From: an uncultured Actinomyces sp.
GTDB lineage: Bacteria > Actinomycetota > Actinomycetes > Actinomycetales > Actinomycetaceae
Direction: 5' to 3'
Assembly (NCBI GenBank): GCA_964344825.1
Contig: CAYFOT010000004.1
Coordinates: 7,588-71,587 of the forward strand
DNA: 64,000 nt
This document shows positions 9,057-18,155 of this stretch, piece by piece. The notes under the pieces are model-generated. The model was not told the DNA's origin and made no database searches. It worked only from the letters and a program-made list of their open reading frames with translations. The number at the start of each line of letters is the position of its first letter. Within the stretch, counting starts at the first letter, position 1. The translations under genes were made by a program, and so were the position numbers.

Positions 9057-9647
9057 ATGAGTATTAGCGACCTAATGGTTCTACGTGGACGCGTTGGAAC
9101 GGACCTTACTCTCAGCAGATCAGAGAACGGCGCTGGCAGAACTTTTTGCCGTTTTCGCATGGTCGTCCCGCGGTCTCGCAGGCGTGACAACGGAGAGTGG
9201 GAGGACATGGAGCCCCTCTGGTACACGGTCCGATCGTGGGGGACTCTGGCGGAGAACATGGCAATGTCACTGCGGAAGGGGCAACCCGTGGTGATCGCGG
9301 GTAGGCCCGCGGCCAGTGCTTGGGTTGATGGCGCCGGAGAGGTTCGCAGCGAACTTGCGATCAACGCGTTCACCGGCGGCCACGACTTAGGCCTGGGCGG
9401 TTCGTTCTACAAGAGGATGGCCCCGGGCTCCTCCTTTGCGGACTCAGAGAACAACAACACAGTCGTCAGTCGGCATGTGTCCGGCGTGGCTCCTGACGAC
9501 TCCGCTGCGACGGATGCCACCGGTGGGGAAGGGACGGACGTTGAAACAGGGTCCCACCCGCAAGAATCTGTGTCCAACGCCGATGATGAGAACTCCGGGT
9601 CCGCACCCGATTCGCAAACTTCCATGGAGGCGGAGGCCGCCGCCTAA
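9057..9647 (+). CDS. SSB-like OB-fold protein (paralogue outside the rpsF-ssb-rpsR context) with an acidic low-complexity tail
   Basis: N-terminal ~115 aa resemble the SSB OB fold (LRGRVGTDLTL...CRFRMVV...WYTVRSWGTLAENMAMSLRKGQPVVIAGR). An SSB-like gene next to ettA is a recurrent actinobacterial arrangement. There is no canonical C-terminal tip. Confidence 0.6.
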   Translation: MSISDLMVLRGRVGTDLTLSRSENGAGRTFCRFRMVVPRSRRRDNGEWEDMEPLWYTVRSWGTLAENMAMSLRKGQPVVIAGRPAASAWVDGAGEVRSELAINAFTGGHDLGLGGSFYKRMAPGSSFADSENNNTVVSRHVSGVAPDDSAATDATGGEGTDVETGSHPQESVSNADDENSGSAPDSQTSMEAEAAA

Positions 9648-9778
9648 AGACTTTGCACCGCCGTGGGCCTTGTTTGCCGCCGAAGTTTAGTGTTTCTCAG
9701 GGAGCCGGTGTACGCGGACGCCGGCAATTAATAATATGGTTGCACAAGCGACTTTTATGTTGAGGGATACGGAGAATC

Positions 9779-11461
9779 GTGGCGGAGTACATTTACTCAA
9801 TGGTTCGGGCACGCAAGGCCCATGGCGACAAGGTGATTTTGAATGACGTCACCATGGCTTTCTTGCCGGGAGCGAAGATCGGCATGGTCGGTCCCAATGG
9901 CGCGGGCAAATCGTCGATCCTGAAGATCATGGCCGGTTTGGATGAGCCGTCGAATGGTGAAGCTCGATTGACGCCGGGGTACACGGTCGGAATCCTGGAA
10001 CAGGAACCGAAGCTGGAAGAGGACAAGACCGTCCTCGAAAACGTTGAGCTCGGAGTTGCGGACACTATCGCAAAGCTGCACCGCTACAACCAGATCTCGG
10101 AGGAGATGGCGAACCCGGACGCCGACTTTGAGGCGCTCATGGACGAAATGGGGGAGCTGCAGACAGAGATCGACGCGGCGGATGCGTGGGACTTGGATTC
10201 TCAGCTCGCGCAAGCCATGGATGCTCTGCGTTGCCCGCCGCCGGACACGCCGGTGAATGTTCTGTCAGGTGGTGAGCGACGTCGTGTCGCGCTGTGCCGC
10301 CTTCTACTTGAGGCGCCGGACTTGCTCCTGCTAGATGAGCCCACGAACCACTTGGATGCCGAATCGGTGCTCTGGTTGGAGCAGCATTTGCAGAAGTATC
10401 CCGGTGCAGTCATCGCGATCACTCACGATAGGTACTTCCTGGACCATGTGGCGGAGTGGATTGCGGAAGTTGACCGCGGCCACCTGTACCCGTATGAGGG
10501 TAACTACACGACCTACCTGGAAGAGAAACAGCGGCGCCTGCAAATCCAGGGTAAGAAGGACCAGAAGCTTGCCAAGCGGCTCAAGGACGAACTGGACTGG
10601 GTTCGCACCAGTCCTAAGGGACGTCAAGCCAAGCAGAAGGCGCGTCTGGAACGCTATGAAGAGATGGCAGCTGAGGCTGAGCGCACCCGGAAGTTGGACT
10701 TTGAGGAGATCCAGATTCCTCCAGGGCCGCGTTTGGGATCAACGGTCATTGAGGCGTCTGATCTGAAGAAGGGCTTTGGGGACCGTGTCCTCATCGACGG
10801 TCTGTCTTTCAACCTGCCACCTAACGGAATCGTTGGGGTGATCGGTCCGAACGGCGTCGGGAAGACCACATTGTTCAAGACCATTGTTGGCCTTGAGCCA
10901 CTTGATGACGGCGACTTGAGGATTGGGGAGACCGTCAAGATTTCCTACGTGGACCAGAACCGCGCGGGCATCGACCCTGAAAAGCCCCTGTGGGAAGTCG
11001 TGTCAGATGGCTTGGACTACATTCAGGTCGGCAACGTTGAGATGCCTTCCCGTGCGTACGTTTCAGCGTTCGGTTTCAAGGGAGCCGATCAGCAGAAACC
11101 TGCCGGAGTTCTTTCCGGAGGGGAGCGGAACCGCCTCAACTTGGCGTTGACACTGAAACAGGGTGGGAACCTCTTGCTGTTGGATGAGCCCACGAACGAC
11201 CTCGACGTGGAAACACTTTCTTCACTTGAGAATGCGTTGGAGCAGTTCCCCGGATGTGCCGTGGTGGTCACTCACGACCGCTGGTTCCTAGACCGCGTTG
11301 CCACGCACATTCTGGCTTGGGAAGGTACGGACGACCAGCCTGATCGGTGGTACTGGTTTGAGGGCAACTTTGAGGCATACGAAAAGAACAAGGTGGAGCG
11401 CCTTGGAGCGGAAGCTGCACGACCAAGGTCTGTGACGTACAGAAAGTTGACCCGGGACTAG
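9779..11461 (+). CDS. ettA: Energy-dependent translational throttle protein EttA (ABC-F ATPase)
   Basis: N-terminus MAEYIYSM..., two ABC cassettes (GPNGAGKSS / GPNGVGKTT, LSGGERRR / LSGGERNR), and ~560 aa length typical of EttA. Confidence 0.92.
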   Translation: MAEYIYSMVRARKAHGDKVILNDVTMAFLPGAKIGMVGPNGAGKSSILKIMAGLDEPSNGEARLTPGYTVGILEQEPKLEEDKTVLENVELGVADTIAKLHRYNQISEEMANPDADFEALMDEMGELQTEIDAADAWDLDSQLAQAMDALRCPPPDTPVNVLSGGERRRVALCRLLLEAPDLLLLDEPTNHLDAESVLWLEQHLQKYPGAVIAITHDRYFLDHVAEWIAEVDRGHLYPYEGNYTTYLEEKQRRLQIQGKKDQKLAKRLKDELDWVRTSPKGRQAKQKARLERYEEMAAEAERTRKLDFEEIQIPPGPRLGSTVIEASDLKKGFGDRVLIDGLSFNLPPNGIVGVIGPNGVGKTTLFKTIVGLEPLDDGDLRIGETVKISYVDQNRAGIDPEKPLWEVVSDGLDYIQVGNVEMPSRAYVSAFGFKGADQQKPAGVLSGGERNRLNLALTLKQGGNLLLLDEPTNDLDVETLSSLENALEQFPGCAVVVTHDRWFLDRVATHILAWEGTDDQPDRWYWFEGNFEAYEKNKVERLGAEAARPRSVTYRKLTRD

Positions 11462-11489
11462 AGCACTCTGAGAGGGGAGACGGCGTTCC

Positions 11490-12182
11490 ATGGTTGACCA
11501 AGCAAGAAAAGTCCCAGTCACCGGGCTGCCCGGGGACTCAGTTCTTTCGGTAGCGGTCATCGACGACCACGAAATCGTGGCGTTCGGCGTGCAGAGGATT
11601 CTGGAGACGCAGAATTTGGATGCGAAGATCTTCTATTCCACGTCCGCTATCCAGGTGTCGGCCGATGTCAAGCAGCCGGCAGTGGCAGTGCTGGACCTAC
11701 GATTACACGACGGTTCAACACCGACGGAGTCCATCGAGATCCTGACAAGGAGGGGGCTGCCAGTCGTGGTTTACACTTCGGCTGATGACCCCGTGTTGGT
11801 GAGGGAAGCAATTGCGGGCGGTGCCATGGCGGTTGTTCGCAAGTCTTCCCCGCCCGAAGACCTGGTGGACACGCTCGTTGCAGCGGCGAAGGGTGAGCCG
11901 TCGGCTGGGTTGGATTGGGCAGCTGCCCTAGATGCTGACCGCGACTTCGTGGCGGAGAATCTAACACCAAATGAGACGGCTATCCTGCAGCTGTACGCGT
12001 CGGGGGAGACTGCTGAACAGATATCCCGGGCGCTGTCGTTCTCCATACACACCGTCAACAAGGCAGTCGCACGGATCAGAGAAAAGTATCGCTTGGCCGG
12101 CCGCAACGTAGAGTCGCGCATCGACCTTTTTCACCGTGCTGCTGAAGATGGGATAGTTTCGTTCTACGGTGACCGACGGTAG
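11490..12182 (+). CDS. NarL/LuxR-family response regulator
   Basis: Receiver domain (VAVIDDHE..., phospho-acceptor context AVLDLRL, conserved T and K) plus a C-terminal LuxR HTH (ETAILQLYASGETAEQISRALSFSIHTVNKAV). Confidence 0.85.
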   Translation: MVDQARKVPVTGLPGDSVLSVAVIDDHEIVAFGVQRILETQNLDAKIFYSTSAIQVSADVKQPAVAVLDLRLHDGSTPTESIEILTRRGLPVVVYTSADDPVLVREAIAGGAMAVVRKSSPPEDLVDTLVAAAKGEPSAGLDWAAALDADRDFVAENLTPNETAILQLYASGETAEQISRALSFSIHTVNKAVARIREKYRLAGRNVESRIDLFHRAAEDGIVSFYGDRR

Positions 12183-14487
12183 GCTCCCCGTGCAGAAACC
12201 GCCGGTGGCTGATGAGAGCGAACACGGAACAAGCCTGTATCTCAGCTACGCGCAACGCCTGGCCGCAGTTCTGGCGGCGGTTGGTGTACTTGCTACCCTC
12301 GCGCTGATCCTTCTCTTTGAGCCACTGGCGTCCACCTTGTTGACGCACAGGCCACTCGCATCATTCATGCTGTTCGGTGTACCAACCATAGGTGGGATCT
12401 CAGCCTCAGTAGGGTTAGTTATCGAGGGCAACTCCAAGACGATTGGCCGCTCCTCATCCAGCCATTTTGGGACGCGAGCACTGAGATTCACCGATGTCTT
12501 GTGGTGGCTGTGCAGCGCCGTGTCACTGCTGTCTTATCTCCTGCTGATGATCATCGAACCGCGCAGCCTAGATCCCGTCATGGAGGCGGCGCTCTTCTCG
12601 TTGCTCACGTCATATTGGATGGCCGCCAGCGCGGTTTCTGTTGCCCTGTTTGACCTGCCCGTCAGACTCATCTTTTTTGCAGTCGTGCTGGGGCTGCTCC
12701 TCACCATGCCCTTGCGCTTCGACGTGACTGCTCCCCCCGGCTACGCGGTCTTTGTGCTGTACCGCGTGGCCTTCACTCTGCCAATCCTGGTTGCCGTCTC
12801 GTGGCTGCTGGCACGCTCAAAAGGACTGGACGAAGTCCGCGCTGAGCGACGTTCGTCGGAGGCGTCCCTAGTTGCTGCGCGGACCGCGGTGACAGCGCGC
12901 AGGCGAACCAACGAGTTCGTTCACGACCACGTTCTGTCAGTGCTCACGGCATTCAGCATGTATAGCAACAACACTGAAGAGCTCCAAACCGCGGCACGAA
13001 ACGCCAACGACGTGATGCGTGGCCGCCTCGCGGGAGAGCCCATCGCTACCGCCGGGGACCTAGCTAGGGTTTTGGCACAGCACCACCCCTCTATGTATGT
13101 GTCATGCCCGCAGAAACACGCCAGTTTCGAGATCGGTGCGGCCTCGGATGCGCTTTACGCGGCCGCGATGGAGGCAATATCGAACGCCGTACGGCACGGA
13201 GGTTCCGATCCTGCCCGACCACCACAGATAGAGGCCCTGTTCTATGTAGAGGACAACGCTCTGCGCCTGTGTATCCGTGACAATGGGAGGGGCTTCGACG
13301 GGGCGGAAAGCACCCGTTCGGGCCGCTTCGGTATCGAGCATGGCATCCATGAACGCATGGAGGAGGCACGCGGGCGTGCAACCGTGGTGTCCGCACCGGG
13401 GCATGGGACAGTCGTGACCCTAATTTGGCCCGCATTGGTGCAAGCCCCTGAAGTTGCGGTGTCAGCACAATCGCGTTCACGGTGGCGGACCAGTCTTGAC
13501 GCGTCCATGTCCAGCACTGGCGCAAGGGCACTGGCAGCAGCTCTGGGCATAACTTACGCAGTGGTCATCCTGCTGGAACGCGAGGCGTTCTCTTCTCTAT
13601 TTCCGCCTCTCCTCGTCCTCGCAATGTACATGGCCGCCAATTACTCCTTGCTGCTGAAGAGGTGGCCGCTGGACAGGATGCCGACGTGGGCGGCGTGGGT
13701 CGTCGCGGCGACGGTTGGGATCGGGAACTACATTGCTTTGGCTGCGGTGAGCGACTACGTCCACATATACGAGGCTGCGTGGACGCTGGGCGCGGGGACG
13801 CTAATAGCTTGCGGCCTTCTGGTCCGCAAACACATGGGGGTCGCGTGGGCCACCGTGGTTCTCCTCTTTGCCTCTACGCTCTTGTGGACCAACGTGTACT
13901 TCCTCCAGTGGCAGTTGGCTCTGGAGATGATCATCGGGCAGGTCGTGACGCTGTCTTTCTGGACGGTCATGGTCTTGTGGTCATCGATGGGGGTTTATGA
14001 GTTGACGCTTGCGGACAGGATAGAAGCCCAGGCATCCGCTGAGCGCGTGGTGAACGAGGGCGTTAGGCAGGCGGTCACGGAGTCTCTGCGATCCGTTTCG
14101 CGTAGGGCGGCACCCCTGATCGAGCCGGTTGCCGCGGGGGAAGACCTCACTGAGGACATGCGGTTGGAGGCCCGTATTTTGGAGGCTTCGCTGCGTGACG
14201 GAATCCGCGCCGCGTCGTTTGTGGACACGCCGGTAGAGCAGGCAGCAAGTGAAGCCCGGCGTCGCGGCGTTGAGGTGGTGCTGCTGGATGACAGTGCAGA
14301 GGGGCCGGTACCTACAACTGTGCCACAGTCATTTATCGACGAAGCGGTGCGCGTGTTATCGCAGGCGAACTCCGGTCGCGTAGTCGTGCGCCTGCAACCT
14401 GTGGGCGCGCCGGTGGTGGGCACCATCGTGAGCCCTACGGAGCGCCTCCAGATAGCGTTACCGACCACCGAACAAGACTCTGATTAG
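12169..14487 (+). CDS. Membrane sensor histidine kinase (HisKA_3-type) followed by a second TM block and a degenerate kinase-like module
   Basis: About 6 TM segments, then H-box-like NEFVHDHVLSVL and HATPase motifs (EAISNAVRHG, IRDNGRGF, GHGTVVT). After that come ~6 more TM segments and a C-terminal soluble region with no His at the equivalent position. The start overlaps the regulator stop. Confidence 0.75.
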   Translation: MTDGRLPVQKPPVADESEHGTSLYLSYAQRLAAVLAAVGVLATLALILLFEPLASTLLTHRPLASFMLFGVPTIGGISASVGLVIEGNSKTIGRSSSSHFGTRALRFTDVLWWLCSAVSLLSYLLLMIIEPRSLDPVMEAALFSLLTSYWMAASAVSVALFDLPVRLIFFAVVLGLLLTMPLRFDVTAPPGYAVFVLYRVAFTLPILVAVSWLLARSKGLDEVRAERRSSEASLVAARTAVTARRRTNEFVHDHVLSVLTAFSMYSNNTEELQTAARNANDVMRGRLAGEPIATAGDLARVLAQHHPSMYVSCPQKHASFEIGAASDALYAAAMEAISNAVRHGGSDPARPPQIEALFYVEDNALRLCIRDNGRGFDGAESTRSGRFGIEHGIHERMEEARGRATVVSAPGHGTVVTLIWPALVQAPEVAVSAQSRSRWRTSLDASMSSTGARALAAALGITYAVVILLEREAFSSLFPPLLVLAMYMAANYSLLLKRWPLDRMPTWAAWVVAATVGIGNYIALAAVSDYVHIYEAAWTLGAGTLIACGLLVRKHMGVAWATVVLLFASTLLWTNVYFLQWQLALEMIIGQVVTLSFWTVMVLWSSMGVYELTLADRIEAQASAERVVNEGVRQAVTESLRSVSRRAAPLIEPVAAGEDLTEDMRLEARILEASLRDGIRAASFVDTPVEQAASEARRRGVEVVLLDDSAEGPVPTTVPQSFIDEAVRVLSQANSGRVVVRLQPVGAPVVGTIVSPTERLQIALPTTEQDSD

Positions 14488-15410
14488 GCTTCGAAGCTCC
14501 ACCTAGACTTCTTCGCGGACGGGCTCTTGGCAGCGCGCATCATTCCCTCCTGCGACGCGCTTGCAACCGGGATGCCTTGGTCGGTGTAGACGACGACGGT
14601 TGCCTTAGCGCGGCCCCCACCTACGGAGTCCACCTTGCCCGCAAACAGGAGCCACTCGTTCACGTCCACGTCGTGGTGGAACCACATCCCATGGTCCAAA
14701 GAGGCCAGTGAGAGGCCCGGCGCCGTCCACGACAACCCCACCGCACGCAGTGCCGGTTCCAACATGATTTGGTCCACGACATACGCCAGGAGTGCACGGT
14801 GGACAACCTGTGGGGCATCATCTGGGATCTCGGAGCGGATCCGCATCCAAACTTCCTGGGTCTGGGACCTTAGGGGGTCGGGGCCGGTGTACAACGACTG
14901 CTGGACGTGGCGCACATCGAACGCGGCGGTTTTACCAAGGAATTTCCCAACGGGGTGATCCATTGTCCGAAAGAGTTCCAGCGCGCTGGGTAAATCCTGA
15001 GGGGGTGGAACCACAGGCGCGGGGGAAGCGTAGTTCAATCCGTCCTCGGGTCCCTGGAAAGACGACACCATGGCGAAAATTTCACGGTCGTTCTGTCGCG
15101 CAACTACGGACCTATTCGAGAATGAACGCCCGTCCCTCAGTCGCGTAACGTCGAGGACGAACGGGGCATCGGGATCACCGCCACGCAGAAAATAACAGTG
15201 AAGGGAATGCGGTAGGCGGTTTACGTCAGGAACCGTCGCGCTGGCAGCCAGGAGAGCTTGGGCGATCACCTGACCGCCGTAAACCCTCCGAACCTGGGCT
15301 AATGAGCGCGCCTCGAAACTATCCTCACCTAACGGTTTCAAATCAAGAATTCTAAGGACGGATGCTACGGGTTCCGTATCTACAGCTGGGACATCTATTC
15401 CAAACTCCAT
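14484..15410 (-). CDS. tesB: Acyl-CoA thioesterase II
   Basis: 308 aa with a double hot-dog TesB-like sequence (LDLKPLGEDSFEA...YGGQVIAQAL...HSLHCYFLRGGD). Confidence 0.85.
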   Translation of the reverse strand: MEFGIDVPAVDTEPVASVLRILDLKPLGEDSFEARSLAQVRRVYGGQVIAQALLAASATVPDVNRLPHSLHCYFLRGGDPDAPFVLDVTRLRDGRSFSNRSVVARQNDREIFAMVSSFQGPEDGLNYASPAPVVPPPQDLPSALELFRTMDHPVGKFLGKTAAFDVRHVQQSLYTGPDPLRSQTQEVWMRIRSEIPDDAPQVVHRALLAYVVDQIMLEPALRAVGLSWTAPGLSLASLDHGMWFHHDVDVNEWLLFAGKVDSVGGGRAKATVVVYTDQGIPVASASQEGMMRAAKSPSAKKSRWSFEA

Positions 15411-15534
15411 GCACTTATTCTCCCGCGCAGGCCAGAGCCGGTGTGTGTGAGTCGCGATAACTTTGCGTTAGCAGTGGGGCGCCGAAACGACTATCCTCGT
15501 AACTGTCGAATACTCGCCTGACCAGAGGGACGCA

Positions 15535-17694
15535 ATGAACAACGACGTTGACGGCTCTAAGACCACCAAAACCGATGCGGACGCCGATTTGGTGCGTACC
15601 CTGGCAGACATGAATGGTGTCGCCACCTACTTTTGGACGTGGGTGGGTGAACAGAAGCAGGTGGAACCCGCCAACCTGTTGCGCACCCTGCGTGCCTTAG
15701 GTGTAAATGTCGGTCCTGACAGCAACAATCAGCAGGTTGTGGATGCTATTCGCGACACGGAGGATGCCCCGTGGCTGGCGACGCTTCCGACATGTACGGT
15801 TACGCGTCAAGGGGACTGGCGCGATCTGCTGGTGCACGTTGTGCATGGGCAATCAGTTCACGTGTGGTGTGTGTTGGAAGACGGCACGGGACTGGATCTT
15901 GCACAGCTTGACCGCTATGTCCCGCCCCGCGAAATTCATGGGCAGTGGAGGGGGCGTGCCACATTCGAAATCCCCGGCACCCTTCCACTTGGATATCACA
16001 CGGTGTTTGCCTCCGTGGAGGGCGGCCCCGCAGTCTCTGCGCCACTGATCGTGGTTCCGCAGCGCATTAACCCGTCGGCGCTACGTGGAGACCGGCGTTT
16101 CTGGGGCGTGAACGCCCAGGCATACTCTGTCCAGTCGCGCACGTCTTGGGGTGTCGGCGACGCAGCAGATCTTGACGACTTGGTCGCGGTAACAGCATCT
16201 GAGGGCGCTCAGTTCCTTCTGATTAACCCCCTACATGCAGCAGAGCCCGTAGCGCCTATAGAGAACTCTCCCTACCTCCCGGTTTCTCGGCAGTGGCTGA
16301 ACGTGTCCTACATCCGCCCAGAAGCCATCCCTGAATACGCGATGCTGCCAGACGGTGCCCGCGATGAGATAGAGGCTTTGCGCCGCGCGGTCATGGATGA
16401 GGACGACGACGCGCTGATCGACAGGGACTCAAATTGGGTCGCCAAGCGCGACGCCCTCGCACGAATTTTTGAGGTGCCCCGCAGCATTGCCCGTGAGGCG
16501 TTGTACCAAGAGTTCTGCCGTGAGGGCGGGGATGGACTGGAGAACCATGCGCTGTGGTGTGCGCTGGTTGAAGACAACGGCTCTACCGACCTACCTCCCG
16601 AATACCAAGACTGCAAGAGTGAGGCCGTTCGCGAATTCGCTGCGACCCATCAGCCACAAATTGAGTTCAACAAATGGTTGCAGTGGGTTGCCTCAGATCA
16701 GCTTTCTGAAGGTAACAAGATAGCCAAGGACCTAGGCATGTCCATTGGGGTCATGGCGGATATGGCTGTTGGAATCCACCCCCTCGGGTCAGAAGTTTGG
16801 TCCCACCCACACATGTTTGCACCCGACACCTACGTTGGGGCGCCACCAGACATGTACGCTCAGCAAGGGCAGAGCTGGAGTCAACCGCCATACAGCCCAA
16901 GGGAGCTTGCTAAGTCCGGATATGAACCTATGCGCAGGGTTATTCGGTCAACCATGGCCCTATCCGGAGCGCTACGAATAGACCACATCCTGGGTCTATT
17001 CCGCCTCTGGTGGCTGCCTAAGGATGCTTCTCCGGCTGAGGGAACCTACGTCTACTACGACCATGAAGCGACGGTTGGGATCCTCCTTCTTGAGGCTCAA
17101 CGTGCAGACTCCGTTGTGATCGGAGAAGACTTGGGCACGGTGGAACCCTGGGTTCGCGAATACCTGGCCAGCCGTGGGATCCTGGGTACTTCCGTCCTCT
17201 GGTTTGAGAAGGAGGGGTCGGGTTGGCCCCTGCACGCGGGTCAGTACCGACGTGACATTCTGGGCACGGTCAACACCCACGACTTACCACCCACCCGCGG
17301 ATACATAGACGGAATCCAAACGACGCTCAGAGACCGACTGGGTCTGCTGGTTGATGACGTTGAAACAGTCAGGGCGCGGGACGCGGAAGAGCAGAGGCAG
17401 ATGAAGGTCCGCCTCGTGGAGTACGGGCTGATGCCAGAAGATGCCGACGCAGAAGAGAACCTGCGTGCGCTTCATCGTTACGTCGCACGTACGCCTGCGC
17501 GGCTTGTGGCAGCTGCGCTAGTGGACGCGGTGGGGGAGGTACGCCCTCAGAACCTGCCGGGCACAAACGATGAGTACCCGAACTGGAAGGTGCCGCTTGC
17601 GGATGGAGACGGGCACCGCGTGTGGTTAGAGGACATTGCAGCAGGCCATGAGAACCCGCTGTTCAAGGTCATGCGTGAAGAGATGGGGGATTAG
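15535..17694 (+). CDS. malQ: 4-alpha-glucanotransferase (amylomaltase), long actinobacterial form
   Basis: GH77 motifs (RIDHILGLFRLWW, GEDLGTV, NTHDLPP) and the N-terminal extension typical of actinobacterial MalQ. Confidence 0.9.
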   Translation: MNNDVDGSKTTKTDADADLVRTLADMNGVATYFWTWVGEQKQVEPANLLRTLRALGVNVGPDSNNQQVVDAIRDTEDAPWLATLPTCTVTRQGDWRDLLVHVVHGQSVHVWCVLEDGTGLDLAQLDRYVPPREIHGQWRGRATFEIPGTLPLGYHTVFASVEGGPAVSAPLIVVPQRINPSALRGDRRFWGVNAQAYSVQSRTSWGVGDAADLDDLVAVTASEGAQFLLINPLHAAEPVAPIENSPYLPVSRQWLNVSYIRPEAIPEYAMLPDGARDEIEALRRAVMDEDDDALIDRDSNWVAKRDALARIFEVPRSIAREALYQEFCREGGDGLENHALWCALVEDNGSTDLPPEYQDCKSEAVREFAATHQPQIEFNKWLQWVASDQLSEGNKIAKDLGMSIGVMADMAVGIHPLGSEVWSHPHMFAPDTYVGAPPDMYAQQGQSWSQPPYSPRELAKSGYEPMRRVIRSTMALSGALRIDHILGLFRLWWLPKDASPAEGTYVYYDHEATVGILLLEAQRADSVVIGEDLGTVEPWVREYLASRGILGTSVLWFEKEGSGWPLHAGQYRRDILGTVNTHDLPPTRGYIDGIQTTLRDRLGLLVDDVETVRARDAEEQRQMKVRLVEYGLMPEDADAEENLRALHRYVARTPARLVAAALVDAVGEVRPQNLPGTNDEYPNWKVPLADGDGHRVWLEDIAAGHENPLFKVMREEMGD

Positions 17695-17723
17695 GCGGTT
17701 CCCCGCTTCCCCGCTTAAACGCG

Positions 17724-17760
17724 GACGCCCCGCGCGGATCATCCGCCGGGGCGTTCTTCG
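17724..17760. terminator. GC-rich hairpin between convergent malQ and the PTS EIIB gene
   Basis: GACGCCCCGCGCGGAT / ATCCGCCGGGGCGT stem (one bulge) followed by TCTTCG. Confidence 0.5.
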
Positions 17761-17774
17761 TGCTGTGCGACGCT

Positions 17775-18005
17775 CTAACCCAGCTCTGCTATTTCGTCCG
17801 CCAGGTTGTCGGCGATAGGGCCAACTACAACTTGCACAGTCTGCCCAACCTGGACGACACCGAACGCGCCAGCCTTAGTCAGTGCCTTATCGTCAACAAG
17901 CGCCGGGTCCACAACTTCAACGCGTAACCGTGTAATGCACGGCTCTACGGTCTCAACGTTGGACCGTCCCCCAAGTCCAGAAAGAATCTCTTGGGCCTGT
18001 GTCAT
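17775..18005 (-). CDS. Stand-alone PTS EIIB domain protein (glucose/maltose family)
   Basis: 76 aa containing the phospho-cysteine motif EPCITRLRVEV of PTS_EIIB. Confidence 0.8.
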   Translation of the reverse strand: MTQAQEILSGLGGRSNVETVEPCITRLRVEVVDPALVDDKALTKAGAFGVVQVGQTVQVVVGPIADNLADEIAELG

Positions 18006-18074
18006 CGGTAGTCCCCCTTCATCGGTTCACGCACTCCCGAACAATTTCAAAGTAGCACGCGGCAGAAAAGGACG

Positions 18075-18116
18075 GCTTAAAAGGTGAGCAGCTCCCCAGC
18101 ATTTGTGGGGAGCTGC
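18075..18116 (-). terminator. Intrinsic terminator downstream of pepN
   Basis: Perfect 11-bp stem GCAGCTCCCCA (18088-18098) / TGGGGAGCTGC (18106-18116). On the minus strand it is followed by TCACCTTTTAAG. Confidence 0.6.
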
Positions 18117-18155
18117 TTGTCACAGCGTCACGGGCTGCAACGCACTTTGGTTCTC

